From Eledone cirrhosa (Eukaryota), in NCBI GenBank assembly GCA_964016885.1, contig OZ024743.1:185814001-185878000 (forward strand): a stretch of DNA of 64,000 nt. The letters run 5' to 3'. Under the pieces are notes generated by a model. The model was not told where the DNA came from. It searched no databases and saw nothing but the letters and a program-made list of their open reading frames with translations. Both the position numbers and the translations under genes were made by a program. Numbering within the stretch: the first letter of the stretch is position 1; each line of letters opens with the position of its first letter. Shown here one piece after another: positions 53,255 through 64,000 of the stretch.

Positions 53255-55762
53255 CAGGGGTACAACCGCAAACCTGTCAGAGACCGACCGGCATTTGAGG
53301 AGTTTGGCCCCCTCAGCCCGACGTGCAGCAGAACCTGGGTATATATTGATATATTGAAGTTAGATACGGAAAGTAAAAGAGTGTTGTCATATAGAAAGTG
53401 AAGAGAGACAGAGAGTAAAGCAGTTAAATTATAGAGAGGGTGAAAGAGGGAGAGAGAGACGACGCTAAGCTTTATAATATTTGAGAGTGAAGAGCGACAG
53501 AGAGAGTAAAGCAGTTAAATTATAGAGAGCGGGAATGATCTATTATAGAGAGAGGGAAGAGCGATGGAGAGAGTAAAGTTAAGAAACTATAGGGAAGTGT
53601 GTAGGATACATATATAATACACACGACACTCAGCTTTATAATATTATAGATGTATATAAAGTGTCTGTTTGACTGGAAACAGACACCTTCCTTTTCTATT
53701 CAGCCAAGCCCTCATTGATCTCATCAAATTCTATTTGATGATGAAGGTGAAGATGACAAGGGATATGCTACCACCCCACCCCCAGTAAATTTGTTGTTTG
53801 AAGGCAAGTGGCAGACATTATCTGAATGGGCCAAATCTCAGCTTGCACTTGTAGGCCATGCCAAGGAATACATTTAGGAGAGGGCACTTACCTTTCCTTA
53901 TTAGTCAGGGCAGTTATGCATTTGTGGAATTCCTTAGATGGCCATCCTCCTCTTGCAAATTTCTCATGGGTGAGTAATTGTATTTGTGTGTTGGGTCTTG
54001 TTTGGTTTAGGTTTATTGAGCACATTTATTATTATTTTGTTGTTGAGTGGTGTTGTGAGAGGAAAATGTTTATATATATCTATAAACTATGAGTACACAA
54101 GCGCTGAAGTGGGATTTCAGGTAGGCTAGCAAAGAATGCAGGTTTTATATGTGGTCGTTGCACATGTGCAGTAAATAGCCTTTGTATGGATATGTGATGG
54201 ACAAGGATCGTTGGATGAAGAAGTGCCAGGAAATGCCAGTGGAAGGAAGCTGAAGTAGAGGTAGACCAAGAAAGACCTGGGCAGAGGTTGTGAGAGCTGA
54301 CTTCAAATCACTGAGACCCACAGAGGAGATGACAAAGGATTACAATGAGTGGAGAGATGTCATGCTGAGAAGGACCCATCCAACCCTTGCAAATGTGGAA
54401 AAACGGACATAAAAAACGATGATGATGATGAGGATGATATATATGTGGACTGGCCGCTTTTATATTTTTAACATCTCTTTGAATTTTCCAAACAGCTTTT
54501 AATTTTTTTTTTCTTTTTTGTTTAGTTTTCTCTTTTTCTAGAGGCACTCCATTTTGATTTTGATTTCTACTTTAAACATTTGTCTAAGTTTATTAAAAAA
54601 ACTATGCCTCAAGGTATAAACAATTACCTTCTTTGGTGATTACATATTTGCTATCATTACAGATCCTGATACTACCCCACTCTTTCTTCTTCCTTAATTC
54701 TAATTCTAGTGTCCCTAAGCAGTGAAATATCTATTATTTCACATGTTCTTAATGTTAAGTTCAATAAAACAATATCAAGTCTTAACATGTTCTGTGACAT
54801 GTCACATTGGATAGTGAAAGTATCAAGAATTTTTATGTCCTTAAACTTGATTGTATAGGAAGGTTGATATTCACACTATTTTGCTAACCTTTTTAATTGT
54901 TTCTCATATAAATCAGAGCTTTCTTTGAACCCTGCTCTATTAACTTTGGTGTCTCTAGGTTCTGTTATGAGCCTATACTCCTCCTCCTCCTCCTCAAAGT
55001 TAACTGAAGTTGAACGTCAATCTTTAAAGTCTTTGGAATTTAAGAGAGATTTTCATTTATTCTTATACACAACATCTCTAATCAAGTGCTACTATTTACT
55101 TATACATGGAGTAGAATTTTATCTAAAATATCCCCAGATATTAAATACAAAAGCTTTGATGAATTTGACATCCAATGAGAACATTTTGTCAAGTATTAAA
55201 GATAGAATAAATGTCTTAACAAGATGAATCTTAGGAGTCACTTTATAAAATAGAATACAAATACACAGTTGTGCCTGCATCCAAGCTGGAGATGATAGAT
55301 GTTTGGATGGCTTACTGTTGGAAGTAGGTTATGTTACTACATTAGAATGAAGGACAGTACATTTGGTTCAAGTTATATCATAAAAAGCATTCATAGACAA
55401 GTGAATTGAACAATTTGATATAAGAGCATGTGGTAACTAACTATTTCAGATAACTAAGTATTGTAGAAAAGTAACAGAATTGTTTGGTTGTCAGAGTAGA
55501 AGTGTTTAAATGCAATCTAAGAGTTATTACTTAACTCGAAGTCAGCCCTGACAAAGTATACTTATGATAAAAGTAATTCCAACTATCTTTTGTTTTCAGG
55601 CATATCTAATAAATTATTCCACATTTTAATTTTTTTAAGGTCATATGGTGTAATTTGAGAAGTTTTGGGCTGCTATTTTTGCAGATTGAGTGACTATGTA
55701 AAGGTTACTCATTGATTTAATTTATAATGGGTTGATGAAAAGATGTGTATTTCTCTGGATTA

Positions 55763-56010
55763 TCATCAGGTCAGGTTTCTGCTTTCTACTGGTACCATGT
55801 AACCCAGTATAATCTACTTCATGATCATTATCAGGTCAGGCTACTGCCTATTACTGGTACCATGTAACCCAGTATAATCTACTTCATGATCATTATCAGG
55901 TCAGGCTACTGCCTATTACTGGTACCATGTAACCCAGTATAATCTACTTCATGATCATTATCAGGTCAGGCTACTGCCTATTACTGGTACCATGTAACCC
56001 AGTACAACCT
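55763..56010. repeat. 65-bp tandem repeat, about 3.7 copies
   Basis: ATGATCATTA recurs at 55821, 55886 and 55951. Confidence 0.92.
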
Positions 56011-56029
56011 GCTTCACAGTCAGGTCAGG

Positions 56030-57040
56030 TCAAACTTCTGCCTTCATATATTTTACCTCCATACAATCCTTCCACCTATTCATCTTCACCATCAGTTCAT
56101 CCATACTCTCTGCTATTAACACCAGGTCATCTGCATACAGCAACTCCCTTGGTAAACTCTCCTTTACTCTGCAGGCCAGTACCTCCATGACAACTACAAA
56201 TAGTAGTTGGTTTAATATTGATCCCTGATGCACTCAACCTTCTCTTTAATCTCATCACTGTTCCTGTTCTTCATCTTCATGATTGTATGGGCTGTCTCAT
56301 ACATCATCATCACTACTCTGACCAATCATTCCTCCACTCCTAACTTTCTCAATTCCTGTGGCATGGCACAACTTCACGTGGAACCCTATTGAAAGTTTTC
56401 CCTTGTAATTGCCTCACACTAAAAATTGCATCTCATTTTTCCCCAGCACAAATCCAAACTGTATTTCATCAGTCTTTATATTTTCCTTATCCTCTTTACT
56501 AACACTCTTACCAATACCTTCAAGCCATGTTCCAATAGCTTAATTGCTCTATACGAACCACAGTCAAGAGCAGTATTTCTCAACCTTATTACCCTTGTGG
56601 AACCCTTGAAATAGTTTTCATGTCTCACAGCATCCCTGCATAAAAATTGTTATATACCATTAAAGGTAAAATTCCATTATAACAAATTTTTCAGTATAAC
56701 AACATTTTTTTCAATCCCTGAGTTAATAAGAAACAAATGCTTGATTTGTTTCAGTCAATCTCATTATAACGAATGTTTTTTTTTACCCTGTGAATTTTGT
56801 TATAACGGAATTTCCCTGTATTTATCCCTGTTTCTCATGGAACCCCTAGTGACTTCTTGTGGAACCCTAGGGTTCTGGGGAACACTAGCTGAGGAATGCT
56901 GGTCTAGAGAATTGCTTCTTCCCTTGTACAGAGAGTACTCAGTTCTCAATCCACTGGAATCTGGTCTTATTTCACCACCAACCTACTGATATCTGTCATC
57001 TTCTTCATAACCCAGCTTCCCACTGCCTTTAAGATATCTT
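56030..57040 (-). mobile_element. Degraded RTE-like RT fragment interrupted by a MITE
   Basis: HQGSILNQLLF...LLYADDLVLIAES in ORF 56030-56233; LINE-like sequence resumes after 56909. Confidence 0.75.
56571..56901. mobile_element. hAT-type MITE with a nested pogo/Tigger-like MITE (about 56660-56820)
   Basis: CAG...CTG termini, 8-bp TSD GTCAAGAG/GTCTAGAG; inner TIRs AAATTCCATTATAAC/GTTATAACGGAATTT. Confidence 0.72.
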
Positions 57041-57313
57041 CTATAACAACTTTAACATATCTTCTATGACAAGCCAAGAATTTGGTATTATTTTATCCTG
57101 TTGACATTATATTAACTGCACTAGTTTCTGTTATCAGACACAACACAATTGAAAAAAATAATAATAATAAAAGAACACATTAACATCAGAAGAATTTATA
57201 CAAAATAATTTAAAGCAGAAACATGAGGAAATGTCAACATCACTTTTATTCTTAAGTTCATGTAAGACTATTCAATGCATTGTTAATGATATTACATTTG
57301 TAGATTTGTGAAA

Positions 57314-57543
57314 TTAATATTCTGTTATTGTTTTTCTATAGAAACACTGCTTTCCAGTAGAAGTACAGTCAAGATTTAGGTATGGTCTTCCTACACTGTA
57401 AAGTTTACAAGTCCCATCACTCTGAAGAAGAATCAGCTGACAATCATGTGTTAGCAAACATCTAGATGCACATTCTACTTCTCCGCCATCTTGCTTTAAC
57501 AATAGCTTGTTTGCAACCATATGAGTTGTTTTAGTAAAAAGAT
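57314..57543 (-). CDS. Probable terminal coding exon of a small PAN/Apple-like cysteine protein (DLFTKTTHMVANKLL...ECASRCLLTHDCQLILLQSDGTCKLYS...DCTSTGKQCFYRKTITEY*)
   Basis: C-x3-C-x5-C...C-x-L-Y spacing typical of PAN/Apple modules; TTTCAG acceptor at 57544 (phase 1), TAA stop, AATAAA at 57250-57245. Upstream exon not found. Confidence 0.55.
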
Positions 57544-57552
57544 CTGAAATAT

Positions 57553-57613
<61 letters not shown>

Positions 57614-58705
57614 TACACACACATATATGTACATATATATAAGAGAGTGTTGAAGTTTGCTTGAAGGATTGGGGAATAATAAAAATGGTCGTTTTGGAAG
57701 AACGACCATTTGTACATATATATATATATATACCCACACATATATGCTCATATATATAATTCAAATTAAAAGATATATGTATATCTAGAGAGAGATTGAG
57801 CCATATATCATTAGAGAAACTATAGAATTTTGTGGATATATAAAGTATATAATATTTAGCAAAAGTACATACTTTAAGGGGGAAAAGTTCTTGTTTTCCT
57901 TACGGCTACCGTTCATAGTTCGTAAACTGAAGCAAAAATCGATCTAAGCAATCGATTCTTGATTACCAAGTATCAATTTTGGTAGAGCAAAACTAATCAT
58001 CAGAGGAACTCGTTTTTAGATAAGTTCCAATAAAGTACAAAAGTACCTTTATGTCTCTCATGTTCCAAGAAGTAGTCAAAACTATATATCATGGTGTGAA
58101 GAATGTTTTAACTGTGGCAGCAGATGTTGTATCTGTTAGAAATAGGTGTTAAGTACTAGTCACAGTATAAGTAGCTCAACAAATTAAGAATTTGGAGAAG
58201 ATATATACCAAGTTAAGGTATCATAATATATAATATGATGATAAATATGTTTCTCAGCAGAAAAGCTCAATGGACGTTTGTCCAGAGCATAAATAATTCA
58301 AATTAAAATTTCATTATATTTATTGATTGGTGAAGCGCGTTTCGCTATTGATCAGCTAAAGTTTCATCACCAATCAATAAATGTATTGAAGGCTTAACAA
58401 ATCATCCTTGTGTTATTATATTTACACTCTGTTTAGCTCTACACCTTGCTACAGACGTGTATCTAAACATAGAGTGCTCACCTGGGTGAACCTACAGTAA
58501 CTTCACGTTACAGTCCCTAGATATATTTATATAAATATATATATAAATGAGATGATAAGGACTCAGGTCCCTATCATTCCACTGTAAAGTGGTCGTGGAG
58601 GTGCCACGGCAAAAAAGCACCCAGCACTCACTGTAAAAATCAAGCCAGAATCAGTTCCTGTCCCACCCTTGCAAGCAGGGAAAAGCGGACGTAAAATGAT
58701 GATGA

Positions 58706-58751
<46 letters not shown>

Positions 58752-58983
58752 TCAGGTTATCAATAATGTAGTGATAATATATCGTCACGTTAGAGATGAA
58801 CAGCGTACGTATAGGTTTGCTCAACGAGTATAAATTATATTCCGGAGAAAATGTAGAAAAGATGAATATAAAATGAAAGTGCTTTTATAAAGGAATTTAT
58901 TAGGTATTGACATATGTTTCTGTAACAGATGGAATACCTATGTATCGCTGCTTGCGTAATCATATAATGTTAGCAAGTATTCG

Positions 58984-59016
<33 letters not shown>

Positions 59017-59095
59017 TATATAGTACATTATGAAGATAGAAGAAACATTAGATATAATTAGTAATAAGATATATCATACCTAGCTGGTTCTTCAG

Positions 59096-59189
59096 TCCCC
59101 GACTACGTAGTTTCGTGGCATATTATGCAAAAACACTAGATCATAGAGATATAGAGTTTTTGTGAGGTTCTGCCGACTTATCAAGGGGA
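59096..59189 (-). ncRNA. Type I hammerhead ribozyme, family C copy 1 (variant core UUGAUAA, long stem II, GUC site)
   Basis: Minus strand: TCCCC-TTGATAA-gt(c)ggca...caaaaac...gtttttg...tgccac-GAAA-CTACGTAG-TC-GGGGA. Confidence 0.75.
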
Positions 59190-59691
59190 TACCTCATTAA
59201 GGATTTCAAAACACGTCTGTGATGCGCGAGATAGAATCTTGAAAAGGCGGAGGGAGAGTCAATCACGTGATACAGCGGTCAAGAAACAGAGCTAAGCCCC
59301 TTATAACCCTGAAAAAAATACCACGGAGGCGGAGGGGGTATTCATATCAAAGCCGTAGAAGAGGTGGTTTGAGGAGGCGAGAAGTATGAGTAATGGTAGC
59401 TATCCAGCAGTCACTACACTTCAAAGGTTACTCGACCAAAGGGAGTTATAAACAATAAATAGAGAAACACACAGATACATGCGGACACATACATATACAT
59501 GAATATATCCACACATATCCCTGGGTTAGTGGTACCAACCTCAACCGATGTTGCTCTATGAATAACTGGGACAAAACAATCCGAATGGATTAGACTGATT
59601 CAGTATCAGAGCTATATAATACATTATGAAGAGAGAAGAAACATTAGATATAATTAGTAATAAGATATATCATACCTAGCTGGTTCTTCAG

Positions 59692-59785
59692 TCCCCGACT
59701 ACGTAGTTTCGTGGCATATTGTGCAAAAACACTACATCAAAGAGATATAGAGTTTTTGTGAGGTTCTGCCGACTTATCAAGGGGA
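59692..59785 (-). ncRNA. Type I hammerhead ribozyme, family C copy 2
   Basis: 596 bp from copy 1; identical core, stem I and stem III, with substitutions only in the distal stem II region. Confidence 0.75.
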
Positions 59786-61638
59786 TACCTCATTAAGGGT
59801 TTCAAAACACGTCTGTGATGCGTGAGATAGAATCTCGAAAAGGCGGAAGGAGAGTCAATCATGTGATACAGCGGTCAAGAAACAGAACTAAGCCCCTTAT
59901 AACTTTATAATGTACTTTATAGCTCTGATACTGAATCAATCTAATCCATTCGGGTAGTTCTGTCCCAGTTATTCATAGAGCAACATCGGTTGAGGTTGGT
60001 ACCACTAACACAGGGATATCTGTAGATATATTCATGTATATGTATGTGTCCGCATGTATCTGTGTGTTTCTCTATAAATATTGTTTATAACTCCCTTTGG
60101 TCGAGTAACCTTTGAAGTGTAGTGACTGCTGGATAGCTACCATTACTCATACTTCTCGCCTCCTCAAACCACCTCTTCTACGGCTTTGATATGAATACCC
60201 CCTCCGCCTCCGTGGTATTTTTTTCAGGGTTATAAGGGGCCTAGCTCTGTTTCTTGACCGATATTTCTACATATTGAGCAGGGCGGCCACTTCCCTGAGA
60301 GAATCAGAGTCCTATCTTCTTTCCTACTTACTAGCACTTTAGTTTTGGCTAAGTTTACTCTCAGACACTTTGATTCCAAATTCTTTTTCCATAATATATA
60401 AGCATGGAATATAGATGTTAAAAAGTAATGATGATGATAACGATGGTGGTGGTGGTGATGGTGGTGGTGGTGATGGTGGTGGTGATGGTGGTGGTGGTGA
60501 TGATGATAGTGGTGATAATGTGGTGAATAAATATATAATTGTTAAACAATTTATCAGTGAATGATTATTAAATAATTAAAACAGGAATAATGTTCTTAAG
60601 TTAATCACCATTAAGCAGAGGAAGAATAATATTGGAGAAATAGGGGATTTAGATTTTAATAGATAACAGTCAGATTAATAAATATATAAGAATATTCTTA
60701 TGTTAATAGTTATTGAACCATTAAATCAGGAAAAATTATTTCAAGTTTTAATGAATAGTTAAGAAATTATGAAACAATTAAATCAAAGATAACATTCTTA
60801 AGTTAATGCGTACTAAATAATGATTTCTGATTGAGGCACAAGGCCAACAATTTTGGTGGAGAGAGTTAATTATATTTACCCCAGTGTGTTACTGGTATTT
60901 TATTTTATCAACCTCATAAGGACGAAAGGCAAAGCTAACCTCAGCAGGATTTAAACTCAGAGTGTAAAGGACCCTAACTCTATGCCACAAAGCATAATGT
61001 CCAACGCTCTACTGATACTGGCAATCCATCGCACTCAAATGATTATTAAATAATAAAATCAGGTGGTTTGCCTAAAAAATTATTAGAGATAATCTCCAGT
61101 GCACTTTTTTATGGTGCGTGATTGAATGTGTAGGTCTTCTCTCCCCTCTTCTTTTCCTTCCTTATTATTACTCCCTTTTTTCTTCTTTTTTTTTAGTATT
61201 GCATAGGCTTGTTCATTATACAAATTGTACTGGCAATGTGATATTATATACATTTAATATCTCATTGTCAGTACAGTTTATAAAATGCACAAGTGTACAC
61301 TCTAATCGGTTGGGTTTGTATTTTAACAATACAGACATAATGAAATTATTGAGTGAATGAGAAAACGACTGAAGCTGTGTCCATTCTATTTGATATACTT
61401 TGTTTCATAATTATATATATATATCATTATCATCATCACCATTTTATGTCCATTTTTCCATGCTAGCCTGTGGGCTGGGTGCTTCTTGTCGTGAAACCTA
61501 CATGACCACTTTACAGTGTAGGCTGGGTGCTTTTTGTTGTGACACCTACACGACCACCTTACAGTGTAGGCTGGGGGCTTCTTGTTGTGACACCTACATG
61601 ACCACTTTACAATATGGTCTGAATATATTTTGTTTATA

Positions 61639-61704
<66 letters not shown>

Positions 61705-62354
61705 GTCCATATGATGAGTTAAATATAATTAGATACAACAGTGACATATACAAATACTTAAGTTTCATTGGGGTGTATAACCCAACAAAACTTAAGTACC
61801 TGTATATCTTACTGTTGTAACTAATTAAATGAAGCCATTAAAAAAAAAACCAACTGAAAACACTTTCTTGATTATATGAAATACAAAAAAGTTCCAAAGT
61901 TAATGAAGGAGGAAAAATTTTTACTTAGTATTTAAACATAGATTGTTTTATTTGAAAGTTAATGAATCAAAAGAATGTTTTAAAGTTTAGAAAAAACTAA
62001 AAGAGAAAGAAAAAGAGACCTGATTAGGGTCGATACATGAAAGGGATTAACTAATTTATTAGCACATATATGGAGATAAAGAGGAGCGGGGTCTTTTTGT
62101 GATAGATAGACACATTGATCTGTCAAGATGAATATTCTGTGAACTGGAGAAGCAATTTTGTTTTGTCACCATAATTGAATTAAAGATGAGTGTGATGCAA
62201 TGAATGGGTAAATTAGACAGATAGACAGGGAGATGAGTGCAGAGAGATAGGGATAATGGTTTGTCTATAGGGCAATAAATGAGAGGGACAGCACATTGGT
62301 TTAGGGAAAACTTGCATTAATTCTTCAAGAATCACTCTAGAAACCAGCTTCTCT

Positions 62355-62460
62355 TGCAAAAACTTTCTAGATGACACTCTGAACCCGAAAACCTTACATT
62401 CTCCATTTTCTAAACCTAATGAATCCTTAAACTACATTAATTCTCCTAACAACATCACTA
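62355..62460 (+). mobile_element. Penelope-like RT fragment
   Basis: Hand translation NFLDDTLNPKTLHSPFSKPNESLNYINSPNN resembles the PLE RT segment FLD-x-T...Y/F-x-KP...YI-x3-SNH. Confidence 0.55.
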
Positions 62461-63122
62461 GGAACCTAGTTAAAAACTAGGTTCTTGTGGTTTTCTACCA
62501 GTAAACAAATCTTTCAGGACTCCTCCCAACACTATAATGATACCCTGTCTAAAAGTAGATGGAAATAACTAATTGAAATTGCTGGAGGTTGTCGTCCCCG
62601 ATTTATGGAGGCAATTAAATAAGGGTAGTTAATGAAAGACCAACCATCTACTGTCAGTGTATACACTCCTAGTGGATTATGATTTATCTATTTGGTATCC
62701 TGTATGTCTGAGTATGTAAAAGTTAAAGCATGAGTTATAAGCCCTAATATTAGATCTAAATTTGACACCATTATCAATAGTTTAAAGTTAACAATTCTTA
62801 TGTATTTGGAATCTTTACACAGTTGTGAGGAAAGGATAGTGGAAATGTTTGTTGCTGGGATATCTCTAGTCTATGTTTGGTATATTTCCATTAAATAAAT
62901 GTTTTTTTAAATACTGCTGAATTGCACTCCACTGATTAATCAAATATGAATGAAACCAGCAGATAGGATATGCTTTTTAAGGCTAGTGGAATTCATTTAC
63001 ATTTACACCTTTAAACAAAGTATACTTTTTTGTCTGCTCAGCTGAGATGATTGTAAAATAATGGATTAATAACTACCTAACTTTGTCCTCTTATTCTTTC
63101 ATTGCTTAAAATTATTTCTCTA

Positions 63123-63233
<111 letters not shown>

Positions 63234-63334
63234 GTCTATCTATCTATCTATCTTCCTACCTATCTGCCTACCTACCTATCTGCCTACCAACCTATCTGCC
63301 TACACACCTACATACATACATACATTCACAAAAG

Positions 63335-63935
63335 AGATAGGGATGCACACAAAACACAGAGATGTGACAATAAATGCAGATTCTGCAGAATTAACATAGA
63401 AGATGCCACTCATGGCATAAGCAGCTGTCCAAAGATGACATCACGGTACTATCTACCTATGAGGCATGATGTAGTGGCCAAAGCACTATACAATATAGTC
63501 TGTAGAAAAGATAACCATGACAATAAACATGTTAAAAGTTACAGCAATGTAGAAGACATACACATACATAATATGAAAGAGTACTGGTGGAATGTTCCAA
63601 TAAAATGCAAGCATAACAAACCAGATATAATGATATGGGACAAGGAAAAGAAGGCATGCACAGTAGTGAAAGTCAGCTGCCCAGCAGATGTCAATATAAT
63701 ATTAAAGATTATCAAAAAGGAGAACATCTATACAGAACTAATAAGAAATCTCAGATACTCCACCCTGATTATGCCTTCAGATTATACCTGTGATCATTAG
63801 GGCTCTGGGATATGTTATTAACTGCTTCAGTCCAAATCTTGAGAAGCTGGGCTTCACAGAACCAGAAAGAACTCGACTAGTTACAAATACATTCTATTAA
63901 TGGAACAGTAAAAATATGTAAAACAATCCAAAATT
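63335..63935 (+). mobile_element. R4/Dong-like non-LTR retrotransposon 3' fragment (CCHC knuckle plus RLE), next to (TCTG)n/(TCTA)n
   Basis: CRFC-x8-H-x4-C, RHD, HNKPDI, K/E-VSCP. Confidence 0.8.
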
Positions 63936-64000
63936 TCTGCATGTAATACACATGTATAGATATAAAACATATGCACGCGTACATATATAACTCAAAGCAA

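Larger units (their letters stand above)
59024..60260 (-). mobile_element. Non-coding HHR-bearing element (retrozyme-like or Penelope pseudo-LTR-like): 596-bp unit, partial tandem unit, then inverted partial unit
   Basis: 59024-59307 recurs at 59620-59903; 59907-60260 is the reverse complement of about 59276-59627; starts next to a (TA)n tract; no ORF in the track. Confidence 0.7.

Noticed and set aside
53005-53298. ORFs spanning X residues
   Set aside because: Artefact of the N gap.
54925-55227. 100-aa plus-strand ORF
   Set aside because: Non-ATG start, no recognisable motif and no supported splice context.
57960-58008. Minus-strand CTGATGA followed by a hairpin
   Set aside because: Followed by GATA rather than GAAA, and stem I does not pair.
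59263-59270. Perfect TCACGTGA CLEAR-like box (another near 50657)
   Set aside because: Inside repeats and 2.4-11 kb from the NPC1 start; expected by chance.

Overview
AT-rich, repeat-dense eukaryotic genomic DNA. The SINE/RTE families and (TA)n/(CAT)n tracts look octopod (inference). The main gene is NPC1 (Niemann-Pick C1 sterol transporter) on the minus strand. I traced 13 coding exons (48243 to 1819, 2616 nt, 872 codons) with GT-AG boundaries and continuous phase; the gene continues off the left edge. Its introns hold an 8.5-kb 40/37-bp satellite with higher-order structure, RTE/CR1/CRE-like LINE fragments, a decayed LTR element, SINEs and MITEs. Upstream of NPC1 are a probable terminal exon of a small PAN/Apple-like gene (57314-57543, minus), Penelope-like RT fragments, an R4/Dong-like endonuclease fragment and a 200-N gap. 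The most notable signal is a cluster of type I hammerhead ribozyme (HHR) motifs from at least three unrelated non-coding repeat families at 51-60 kb. These are: a 596-bp tandem-plus-inverted unit with a variant UUGAUAA core, a 369-bp palindrome encoding an HHR on both strands, and a direct-repeat pair in which one copy has a GUA and the other a GUG cleavage triplet. All folds were made by eye and ribozyme activity is untested.
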